This document shows positions 39,409 to 47,984 of a stretch of DNA of 64,000 nt, piece after piece. Position 1 is the first letter of the stretch, and each line of letters opens with the position of its first letter. The translations under genes were made by a program, and so were the position numbers. The notes beneath the pieces are model-generated. The model was not told where the DNA came from. It ran no database searches and worked only from the letters and a program-made list of their open reading frames with translations. Source of the stretch: a virus (lineage: Duplodnaviria; Caudoviricetes); the IMG/VR virus record IMGVR_UViG_2756170314_000001, positions 20,614 through 84,613 of that record. The stretch is one strand, 5' to 3'.

Positions 39409-39651
39409 ATGAATTTTGATGACAAAAAGAGCATATTAAAGACCGTGGGAAATGTATTTATGGTTCTTGTTCTTATCTCTTTATTTGTTTACGCGTTTTC
39501 TTCTGAATCAATTGGATGGTATGTTAAGATTACTTCTATTGTGATGTTGACCATATCATATATCTGTTATGCTCTAATTTCTCTACAAGAGAAGTGGTTT
39601 ATTGCAACTTTAGTGGTCTCTTGGTTGGTCATTATTTTTTGGGTGTTTTAA
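39409..39651 (+). CDS. Small three-TM membrane protein
   Basis: GGAGG RBS, hydrophobic helices. Confidence 0.6.
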   Translation: MNFDDKKSILKTVGNVFMVLVLISLFVYAFSSESIGWYVKITSIVMLTISYICYALISLQEKWFIATLVVSWLVIIFWVF

Positions 39652-39784
39652 ATCAAAGATTATACAATAAAAAAATGATCCGGATTAACCGGACCATCAA
39701 TACTTTCGACTGCCGTTATATTCTCTCCCAACAATGGCTATAGCGAGGTAGAAAGTGAAATGGCAGCCTTTATTATTATTCCCT

Positions 39785-40306
39785 TCACTTTAAGATTTTA
39801 ACTTGAATATCTCTAACACCAAATTCAATGCACTTGTCATTAGCATTTAAATAGACATCTATTTTGTTTCCTTTAATAGCTGATCCAGTATCTTCGGCCG
39901 TATATACACCATTAAGGTGTTCATATCCTTCAGGAAATTTAATTTCAACTTTAGATCCTAACGGAATTACACTTGGATCAACTGCAATCGTACGACCTTC
40001 TTGAACTTTCGTTCCTGTCGCCGTAACAGTTCCCATTGAATATGCTGTTGAAGTAAAATGTTTATATCCCTCATAAACCCCTGATTTATGTTTTTCAACT
40101 CCAACTTTCGTGTTTATTTCTTGTCCCGGAAAAATCAAAGAAAGATTTTTGATTTGTGGGTTAGCTTCTGCCAATTCTTGCAGAGACATATTATTTTCCC
40201 TCGCAATTTTTGACATTGTGTCCCCAGGTTTCACTTCTTGAGCAAACGTGGGAGAAGCAATTAGCATCGATACTACTAATGTCGATACGGCAATTAGTTT
40301 TTTCAT
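39785..40306 (-). CDS. Secreted LysM + 3D-domain cell wall hydrolase (YocH-like)
   Basis: Signal peptide, VKPGDTM LysM, IAVDPSVIPLGS, AEDTG, IDV. Confidence 0.9.
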   Translation of the reverse strand: MKKLIAVSTLVVSMLIASPTFAQEVKPGDTMSKIARENNMSLQELAEANPQIKNLSLIFPGQEINTKVGVEKHKSGVYEGYKHFTSTAYSMGTVTATGTKVQEGRTIAVDPSVIPLGSKVEIKFPEGYEHLNGVYTAEDTGSAIKGNKIDVYLNANDKCIEFGVRDIQVKILK

Positions 40307-40454
40307 AGGTTCTTGCCCTCCTGTTTTTATTTGGTTCATTCTTTTTCTTTCAGAACCTTTTATACTTATATCTATGAATATGAATTCGTAAATCAAAACA
40401 GTATTACATTTGGATTACAAAGAAAAGGCCTGACACATAGCCAAGCCCATAACG

Positions 40455-41735
40455 TTATGAATAAGACACTTCATCTTTATCATCTCGAATTCTATTTAAT
40501 GAAGGCTGCCGTAAAGATAAACCTCCATGTTCATTTTTACTTTCTTGAAAGTATTTAATCTCAACAATCTTCCCAACCACCAAGGATGGATCTTTCCAAA
40601 AATCAACTTTCCATTTCTCTTTTAATCCAGCTACGGCCACTCGATGTCCTTTGTAATCAACAATAATTGATCCACATTTACCTCCACGTATATCTTCCAC
40701 AACATCTAAACAACGTAAATCTGCTTCTTCTTCTGGTTTTACTTTTAAAATGCTAGGAGACTTTTTCAATTCAAATATTCCATCCGATAAATGAATTATT
40801 AATCCTTCTTCCCCACGGCCAATTGCTTCAAGAAACAAGTCATCAATAACATCCTTGTCATTTCCAACATAGAATTTAGGAACAACCGAAATTAACGAAT
40901 CTGCCGGCAGAGACTTCTTGATCGTTTCTTCTAAAAAAGAGCGTCTAGTTTTGTAAGGAACATCAAAAACACCTTTTTCATAATCATCAATTGGAATCAT
41001 GTCGAACAACAAAAATCTAACGTCTTTTTTAATTCCGTGTTTCTTCAAACGACTTTGAGTTGCTCGGAATAAGTCCGATGAGGAAAGGTTATCTCTATTC
41101 ACGTTTACGAGTTCTCCTTCATAAACAAATCCTGTCGGAAGTTTTTTCATTAACTCTTCGAGTTCAATTAATCCTTCGTATTTGGCACCGGTGGTTGTAA
41201 TGAATTCGCTGCCTTCTTCCAAGTTCTTCGTTGTTGATCTGAAGCCATCGACTTTAAGTGAGACAATGAACTCTTCTCCTTTTGTAAGGTGTTTTTCAGG
41301 ATTGTATTTTTGACCTTTCATAACCTTGTGTTTACTGATAAACCCTTTACCGTATACTTTATTCAAAGTAGTTGAAGAGATTCCAATCGGCAAATCTTTT
41401 GTTAATATAGATTTGGCCAGTTCCCGTTCTTCTTCTGTTTTAAGTTGCTTTAAAAAGATCTGAATTGATTGGATTATTTGATCAGATCCGGTATTGTAAA
41501 GAATTACGTAAGCCATAGCATCAAAGATGGTTTCAAGTTGAGTATAAGTCGGCAAACAAACTTCTTTTTCGATCTTCTTTTTTGCTAAACCCGTTTTAAC
41601 AAGTGGGTCGTAAACAAACTTGAAAATCTCCTTTAAACCCTCAACATTTTCGTATTTTCTTAGTAATTCTTCTTTTCCTTTTCGGCTTGATTCATTTTTA
41701 ATCTCCTTAAAAATTTCAACGTATTTCTTCATCAT
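40455..41735 (-). CDS. ATP-dependent DNA ligase
   Basis: KVDGFR, EGEL, FD, EGLI, LKVK; start moved to ATG after CGGAGG RBS. Confidence 0.9.
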   Translation of the reverse strand: MMKKYVEIFKEIKNESSRKGKEELLRKYENVEGLKEIFKFVYDPLVKTGLAKKKIEKEVCLPTYTQLETIFDAMAYVILYNTGSDQIIQSIQIFLKQLKTEEERELAKSILTKDLPIGISSTTLNKVYGKGFISKHKVMKGQKYNPEKHLTKGEEFIVSLKVDGFRSTTKNLEEGSEFITTTGAKYEGLIELEELMKKLPTGFVYEGELVNVNRDNLSSSDLFRATQSRLKKHGIKKDVRFLLFDMIPIDDYEKGVFDVPYKTRRSFLEETIKKSLPADSLISVVPKFYVGNDKDVIDDLFLEAIGRGEEGLIIHLSDGIFELKKSPSILKVKPEEEADLRCLDVVEDIRGGKCGSIIVDYKGHRVAVAGLKEKWKVDFWKDPSLVVGKIVEIKYFQESKNEHGGLSLRQPSLNRIRDDKDEVSYS

Positions 41736-41864
41736 AGTAGTTGAGTCCTCCGATTTTTCTTTATTTATTTCGAGTAACGAAATAATATTATCACTTCTTT
41801 TTTGAGTCGTACACATTGATTACAGAATATTGCAAAAATAATAGCTAGATATTTGAATCTAGCT

Positions 41865-42167
41865 CTATACACATGCAGCCATTCTTTTTGCCATCCTTTT
41901 TCTTTTCTCAATAGCTTCATGGTTATTATTACGAGATCGTTTAATAACGGTTGTAAGTATCCAGCGATTTCTTTCTTTTACAAAGATGAATTCCTTACTA
42001 TTTCTAGTAAAGATATGCCTCACATTACCGTTATTCACTATCTGCTTTATATTTAAGTTTCTTACATCACGCTTAATCCTACTTTCAATATTTTTACGGC
42101 ATTCGCCTACTCTTTGTTCATATCGCTGTATTACGTGATTAGTAATGATAAAGTCTTCAAACATCAT
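41865..42167 (-). CDS. Hypothetical basic protein (RelE/DUF4258-like fold possible)
   Basis: ITNHVIQRYEQR...ILTTVI. Confidence 0.6.
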   Translation of the reverse strand: MMFEDFIITNHVIQRYEQRVGECRKNIESRIKRDVRNLNIKQIVNNGNVRHIFTRNSKEFIFVKERNRWILTTVIKRSRNNNHEAIEKRKRMAKRMAACV

Positions 42168-42774
42168 ATCTCCCTCCGATTAATGTATGTAGTAGTTGAG
42201 TGAAAGTGGTGCTGCTGAATTGGTTATCTAACAACACCACTTTAGAAATGTCTGATAATTGGTATGATTATATCTGGCTCTATTAAAACGTAAACCACAT
42301 TAGCGAATTAATTTAATATGCCAATGCTAAAGCATTGTCTATTCGAAATTACTTACGTAATTTCTCATATGTTTATTTAATTTATTATTTAATTTATTCA
42401 TTAATAATTAATTGATATATAAAGACCATAGCTATTCGTAAGCATCCATGAAGATTAAGTTTAGAATTCTTACGACCACATCTAAACAACTATACGTTCT
42501 TCTCCAGTGTTGATTTATAAGTTAATTCTTATTGGCTCAAACACTTAAAGCACATGACAACGGATAACATTACTAATCAACTGCAAGTCAATGATAAGGA
42601 TGGTCAATGACGATTGATTAGTCTATCCATCGATCCCAGCGAAGATGAAGAATCTTCACCACCATTAATTGCTTAATGGTATTTGCAACGGCGAGATAAC
42701 CTTGGAGTTATTTGATAAAGGAGTGAACTCTCAGCTTCAAATGTCTCCGTGATTATTGAGTTGTGCAATATATT

Positions 42775-42800
42775 TATATCTGAGAATGGTGAAACGTAAA
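42775..42800 (-). promoter_or_regulatory. SigN-type promoter with no evident downstream CDS
   Basis: TTTACG-N14-GATATA. Confidence 0.7.
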
Positions 42801-43114
42801 TTGGTAGGGAGAAATCAAACAAGAGTGAGGAAAATTCACACACGAAAAATTCGGGTGGAGTTGAAAATGATTGCCGCCTGCTCCGAGAGTTGGATCGAGG
42901 TTTGAAAAAGTAGCCGCCTACCCTTTCGGGAAAAAAATCGGTCTCGACAGGAATAACTGGAGGAGGTCCGTTCACACCAACCATCCCAAAACGCCCAAAT
43001 TGTGTTGAAATTTAGGAGAAGGAACAAGAATTTTGTCATTCTTTGTTATAGAATAATAGTTAGATGGATATAATAAACATATAGAGAAAATAACCTAGTT
43101 GAGGGGGAAAATTT

Positions 43115-43954
43115 TTGTATTATAGGATTGGGACTATTAAGACAATAAAAGAAGGAGAACACGAAGTTGATATTAAAAGAGACTTCACTCAAGAAGAACA
43201 AGAAAAATATTTTCAGTACAGAAAGTACCTTGGGCTACATATAAATAACAAGAATTTATATAATCTAATTGTAAGAAATGGAGAAGAATTTGAACATTTT
43301 TTAGATACGATTAAAGATAAAGACCCGTCAGAAATAGGAAGCCCAGATTATGTTGTATTTGAAGCCAATAGGTTATTTATGAATTACTTATCGATGATTA
43401 GGACGTACATTGATCATATTCCTTCTTCGTTGTCTAAAACCTTTGATTCTAAAGTCAAAGATGAATTTGATGAGTTTTTATCAGTTATATATGATAATTA
43501 TTTTGAATATAGATTTTTATATAAATTAAGGAACCTGGCTCAACATTTTGGGATCCCTATTTCTAATTTAATCAGCAATGAACAAGGCAACCATATAACC
43601 ATGAGTCAAAGTTATTTATTAAGCTATAAAAAATGGGGTACTGTTAAAGAAGAAGTTAAAAATATGGAAGAAAGTATACCGGTTAAAGGATTAGCTCTAA
43701 GAATGAATGTAATCATGAATACGGTATACTTGTTTGTAATGAAGTTCTATGTTGAGGGTATTAATGAATCAATAGAATGGTTTGATTCATTACAAGGAGA
43801 ATTAGGTGGTAGCACCATTCTTGCAGTTTCAGACTCAGCTGAAGAATATGGAAAAGGAAAATTTAATTTTCAACCTATGAATACTGACGAATTTATTAAT
43901 GCAGTGCATGATTTAAATGAAAACCCAGGTATAAATATTAAATTGATAAAATAA
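43115..43954 (+). CDS. Accessory protein with putative HEPN motif
   Basis: LRNLAQH (R-x4-H); opposite strand, own RBS and terminator. Confidence 0.6.
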   Translation: MYYRIGTIKTIKEGEHEVDIKRDFTQEEQEKYFQYRKYLGLHINNKNLYNLIVRNGEEFEHFLDTIKDKDPSEIGSPDYVVFEANRLFMNYLSMIRTYIDHIPSSLSKTFDSKVKDEFDEFLSVIYDNYFEYRFLYKLRNLAQHFGIPISNLISNEQGNHITMSQSYLLSYKKWGTVKEEVKNMEESIPVKGLALRMNVIMNTVYLFVMKFYVEGINESIEWFDSLQGELGGSTILAVSDSAEEYGKGKFNFQPMNTDEFINAVHDLNENPGINIKLIK

Positions 43955-43985
43955 AAACCCCATTGGACTTTCCAAATGGGGTTTT
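43954..43985. terminator. Bidirectional terminator
   Basis: AAAACCCATTGGA-CTT-TCCAAATGGGGTTTT. Confidence 0.7.
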
Positions 43986-43996
43986 CCTTTATCATA

Positions 43997-44119
43997 TTAA
44001 GTTGCTGCTCTATCTGCGACCTTATAAGTGGACTGCTCAGAAAGAGCATATGAAGCGCTAGATACTCCAACAATGCCAAGCAAGAGCGCTAAACAAATTG
44101 CAATTTTACATTTTTTCAT
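43997..44119 (-). CDS. phrP: Phr signalling pre-peptide PhrP (40 aa, not in ORF track)
   Basis: MKKCKIAICLALLLGIVGVSSASYALSEQSTYKVADRAAT; overlaps rapP end. Confidence 0.92.
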   Translation of the reverse strand: MKKCKIAICLALLLGIVGVSSASYALSEQSTYKVADRAAT

Positions 44120-45269
44120 TTAAATGCTTCCCCCTTTGAATTTGTTTGCGTGCTTCAATTGCCATTTGATAAAAATCGACCGCATCATGTCTGTCTTCTT
44201 TGTTGGTCAAAAAATCAGCAACAGCAACAGCGTATTCTTCCATATCACCATAAAGGTTTTTCTCTTCGAAGAACTTGAACACTTCTCTAAGTGTTTGTAA
44301 GTCGAATGATAAATAAAGGCCTTTAACCAGTTTTAATTTCTCGGTTACTTCCTGGTTGTTGTGCCGGGCAGCAACCTTCTGACCTTCCTGATATAATTCT
44401 AATGCAGCCTTTAAATCATTCTTCTTTGCTTTGACATATGCCAGATTAAAAATCGCTTTTGACTCATAAATGTGCTTTCGATCCTTATGAATTTCATAGG
44501 CGATTTGAAAATGTTTCTCAGCATTGTCAAGTTCTTCAAGGTTATTATAACATAATCCCACGTTAAAATGAGCTGAACCAATTAAATGTTGCTCCCCTAT
44601 TTCTAGGGCATCTTTTAAAGCTTTTTCAGCTGTTTCTAAAGCATCTTCATAACACATTTTATCTAGCCAGTTCCCGAAGATAACAAACTGACACTGGACC
44701 ATTTCTTTGCCATATGTAAGATTACCCTGAGCATCTTTTTGCTCTTTAAATATAGAGTATGCTCGCTGAGCATAATTCATGGAGAAATGAGTCTCTTTCA
44801 TATAGTAATAGACCTCTGATACTTTAAAATAGAACTCGGCCTTATCTGTATTTGCATTTTCATCTAATAAATCAAGATATTTTTCAGCTTCACGGTAATA
44901 TGTTAGGGCAATAACTAAATCTCTTGTTCTGAAGTGATACATACCGGTAAAAAAATTATAATAGAACTCTATTGTATTCGTAAGGGATTCAGGGGCCATA
45001 TTTTCCCTTGTTTTTTTGAGATCAGCATAAACACCATCTATATTTTTAACAGAGTCAGGTTCGAGATACGAAAGCATTATTTCGTGCCGCAGCTTTAATA
45101 GCTGAAGATAGACTGCTACTTTTTCATTTTTCTCCATCATATCGAATTCTTTTTCAACTTTTCTTTTCATTTCTTTTGCTTTCTCAACTCGACCCTGCTT
45201 TATGACAACATACCAATGATTAATGTCTGTGGTTACATAATGATATGGGATTAAATCCGAAACAGACAA
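44106..45269 (-). CDS. rapP: Rap-family response regulator aspartate phosphatase RapP
   Basis: Rap N-terminal bundle plus TPRs; followed by phr. Confidence 0.92.
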   Translation of the reverse strand: MSVSDLIPYHYVTTDINHWYVVIKQGRVEKAKEMKRKVEKEFDMMEKNEKVAVYLQLLKLRHEIMLSYLEPDSVKNIDGVYADLKKTRENMAPESLTNTIEFYYNFFTGMYHFRTRDLVIALTYYREAEKYLDLLDENANTDKAEFYFKVSEVYYYMKETHFSMNYAQRAYSIFKEQKDAQGNLTYGKEMVQCQFVIFGNWLDKMCYEDALETAEKALKDALEIGEQHLIGSAHFNVGLCYNNLEELDNAEKHFQIAYEIHKDRKHIYESKAIFNLAYVKAKKNDLKAALELYQEGQKVAARHNNQEVTEKLKLVKGLYLSFDLQTLREVFKFFEEKNLYGDMEEYAVAVADFLTNKEDRHDAVDFYQMAIEARKQIQRGKHLNEKM

Positions 45270-45418
45270 TCAAATACCTCCTTTTCTTTACATATATTTA
45301 ATATTATACCACCAAAGGCTCATACGAATAGGATCATTTTTTGAAAAATCCCTCAATTCAGATGAATAAAAAGGTCAGAATAAGCATAAATAAGGACCAT
45401 ATCGTCTGATATGGTCTT

Positions 45419-45739
45419 TTAGCTGGCTTTAGAATTTATGGTAAGTTGGTCTAAAAGGCTCCCAATGTCGTTTAATGACTTATAAATGACATCCAAACAG
45501 TTAATTATATGAGAATCAATCTCTCGCTCTTGAACATCTCCAAATACAAACTTCAATTCTTTATAAGACTTAGAGTACCTTAAATTAAAGAGATTTCCAT
45601 CAATCACCTGAACAATTTTAACTTTCGGGTCCAATATTTGTTCATAAATAGTCTCTGGATGAACCACTCCTTCAACATTTTCAATGTAATTTAACGACCC
45701 CAGAATCGTTTCAAGTTTAGAATAAGCTTCAGTTTTCAT
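45419..45739 (-). CDS. Hypothetical protein, probably SOS-regulated
   Basis: CGGAGG RBS; LexA box in promoter. Confidence 0.7.
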   Translation of the reverse strand: MKTEAYSKLETILGSLNYIENVEGVVHPETIYEQILDPKVKIVQVIDGNLFNLRYSKSYKELKFVFGDVQEREIDSHIINCLDVIYKSLNDIGSLLDQLTINSKAS

Positions 45740-45783
45740 AACTTATCCCCTCCGATTTAGTAGTTGAGTAACTTACATTTAAA

Positions 45784-45812
45784 ATTATAAAACGCAAACG
45801 TAGGTTCGTACA
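45784..45812 (-). promoter_or_regulatory. SigA promoter with LexA box in spacer
   Basis: TGTACG-N17-TATAAT containing CGAACCTACGTTTG (45795-45808). Confidence 0.65.
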
Positions 45813-45946
45813 CTCTATTTAATAAATTATTTAAAAAATTCAATAAAAACTGTTTAGAATTTTCGACTTGTGTACATTTATATTAGAGACATAAAACAGT
45901 ATTGTTCGAGATATTGAGCTTCAAAAAAGGAGATCAATATGAATAA

Positions 45947-46126
45947 ATGAAAGATAATCGAACTAAATTAATCTGTTCTAAATGTAATTCTCCTATTATT
46001 ACATATCGGAAAAAGAAAAAAGTCATTTATGAATGCTCTTATTGTGGTATTCAACCTGATGATTTAAACTTTGACGATCTTTCTCCAAACGATTGGGAAG
46101 ATGATTATGAAGAAGAAAATATGTAA
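45947..46126 (+). CDS. 59-aa zinc-ribbon protein with acidic tail (not in ORF track)
   Basis: CSKC...CSYC then DDLNFDDLSPNDWEDDYEEENM. Confidence 0.6.
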   Translation: MKDNRTKLICSKCNSPIITYRKKKKVIYECSYCGIQPDDLNFDDLSPNDWEDDYEEENM

Positions 46127-46514
46127 TAATTGCGGGAAGATTATTGGTTCAAATGAAACTTGCCCTTGCAAGCAAAACAGAAATCGGAATCAATATCAAC
46201 GTAAATATTATCAAAAGAATAAAGAATACTTAAAACCCCTTTCCACTGCACGTTGGAAAAAATTAAGAAGTCTCATCATCCACAGAGACAAAGGTTGCTG
46301 CCAACGGTGCCTAATCAAATATAGCATCGTTAATTCTTCAGAATTACAAGTTCACCACATAAAACCTCGAATTGATTACCCCGAATTAATGTTTGAAGAA
46401 AGCAATCTTATTACCCTTTGTAAAACGTGCAACCTCCAATTAGGTACTTCTGGTGAACTTGATTTTAAACCAAACATTAATCTTGAAAATCACGATTATG
46501 ACTTCAAACTTTAA
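46101..46514 (+). CDS. Terminase-associated HNH endonuclease
   Basis: RWKKLR...CQRC...VHHI...NLITLCKTC. Confidence 0.88.
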   Translation: MIMKKKICNNCGKIIGSNETCPCKQNRNRNQYQRKYYQKNKEYLKPLSTARWKKLRSLIIHRDKGCCQRCLIKYSIVNSSELQVHHIKPRIDYPELMFEESNLITLCKTCNLQLGTSGELDFKPNINLENHDYDFKL

Positions 46515-46522
46515 GAGGTGAT

Positions 46523-47017
46523 GTGATGGCTCGTCCTAGAAAGCCAGCTTCCCTCAAACAAGGACATTCAGAATCAAAAGCTCAATTGGAGGAAAGAGCT
46601 GAAGCAGAACAAGAGCTACTTGGAAATGATGATTTAGTGAATGAAATTCCTGAACACCTTGATGAATTAGCTCAAGAGTATTACAAATTCTTAACTACTG
46701 AACTAGAGATAAGTAATATCCTCTGCAATTTAGATATTCCTCTACTCGAACAAACTGCTGATTGTCTAAGTAAAATGAGGCAAGCAGATGAAATTATTAA
46801 TAAAGAAGGACTTATTTTAAACACAATTGATAGGTATGGGAATGCCTTAATAAAAGAACATCCCGCAGTTGCTACAAAACAGAAGTATCTTAATCAGTTT
46901 AGAGCTTTATCTACCCAACTTGGATTATCTCCAGCATCAAGGGCTCAACTTGCGGGTTTGAAAATTGAACAAAAAAACGAAGAAGAAGATCCGTTACTCA
47001 AATTATTAAAAAGCTAA
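46523..47017 (+). CDS. terS: Terminase small subunit (P27 family)
   Basis: ARPRKP start, HPAV, LGLSPASR. Confidence 0.9.
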   Translation: MMARPRKPASLKQGHSESKAQLEERAEAEQELLGNDDLVNEIPEHLDELAQEYYKFLTTELEISNILCNLDIPLLEQTADCLSKMRQADEIINKEGLILNTIDRYGNALIKEHPAVATKQKYLNQFRALSTQLGLSPASRAQLAGLKIEQKNEEEDPLLKLLKS

Positions 47018-47068
47018 TTATAATCCCTGCTGTTTTTTACTCCGATTTTCAGTGGGGATTTTTTCTAT

Positions 47069-47145
47069 GTGCTCGTAGCTCAGGTGGTTAGAGCATCGGT
47101 CTGTTAAACCGAGTGTCGTAGGTTCGAATCCTACCGAGTACGCCA
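47069..47145 (+). tRNA. tRNA-Asn(GTT)
   Basis: Cloverleaf, anticodon loop CTGTTAA, TTCGAAT, encoded CCA. Confidence 0.92.
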
Positions 47146-47146
47146 T

Positions 47147-47220
47147 GAGGGTTTAGTTTAATGGTAAAACGTCAGTCTCCAAAACTGAAAATGTCGGTTC
47201 GATTCCTTCAACCCTTGCCA
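47147..47220 (+). tRNA. tRNA-Trp(CCA)
   Basis: Anticodon loop CTCCAAA, encoded CCA; T-stem has two mismatches. Confidence 0.85.
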
Positions 47221-47250
47221 ATAAATATAATACTGAGGGTGAGTGATAAT

Positions 47251-47847
47251 ATGGTTTCTTCGTATTTAAAAGCCCATCCCTCCTATCAGTATGCTAGAGA
47301 TGTTGTTGAAGGTAAATTAACTGCCGGCAAGTACGTTAAAAAGGCTTGCTGCAAATTCATTTCTGACGTTCACAATCCTGATTGTGAATTTTTTATCGAT
47401 GAAGATGAACTTAAGAAAATTGATGGCTTAACAAAGCTTATAAATATGGCCACAGGATTGAAAGCTGGAACGCCAACTCATGATGCTTTGGCTCCATTCC
47501 AATGGTTTTTCTTAGTCAATGCTTTATGTTGGAAGTATAAACAAAATCCAATTAAAAGAAGATATGAAAAGTCAGTACTCCTAATTGGTCGTAAATCCGG
47601 TAAATCATTCCTCGTTGCTTTAATTTTTATCCTCTTGCTCTTAATTGAACCAGAATACTCCGAGTTTTATTCCGTTGCCCCGGATAAAGAGCTTTCTTCG
47701 ATAGTCAAAAAAGAAGTTGAACAAACAATTACAGCTTCTCACCCTTCTATCCAAAAACAGTTCCAAATAACAAGAAGTGAAGTACGGTGTTTACTCACAA
47801 AATCTAAATTCATTCCATTAGCTAACTCTGAGAACCGTATGGACGGT
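47251..47847 (+). CDS. terL: Terminase large subunit, exon 1
   Basis: LAPFQ, GRKSGKS Walker A; ends ...RMDG. Confidence 0.88.
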
Positions 47848-47920
47848 AAACATAGCCTTATTGCCGTCGCATGATAGAAATATCATGTTAGAAAATCGGG
47901 CAAAATCGGTAGAATTCTTA

Positions 47921-47949
47921 TTTACGAACATATGTTCTCGATATATAAT
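47921..47949 (+). promoter_or_regulatory. Intron-internal SigA promoter with LexA box
   Basis: TTTACG-N17-TATAAT with CGAACATATGTTCT at 47925-47938. Confidence 0.75.
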
Positions 47950-47984
47950 TATATTATAGAGATATAATTAAGGAGTAGAGCAAT

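Noticed and set aside
41736-41816. Extended N-terminus of the ligase in the ORF track
   Set aside because: Overlaps the promoter and RBS; ATG 41735 is the better start
42673-43039. ORFs of 103 and 67 aa
   Set aside because: No convincing RBS, atypical composition, one spans a SigN promoter
43997-45269. Arbitrium (aimR/aimP) system
   Set aside because: Protein has a Rap-type N-terminus and the peptide is PhrP-type ADRAAT
47161-47250. ORF-track start of the terminase at 47161
   Set aside because: It lies within tRNA-Trp; ATG 47251 has the RBS
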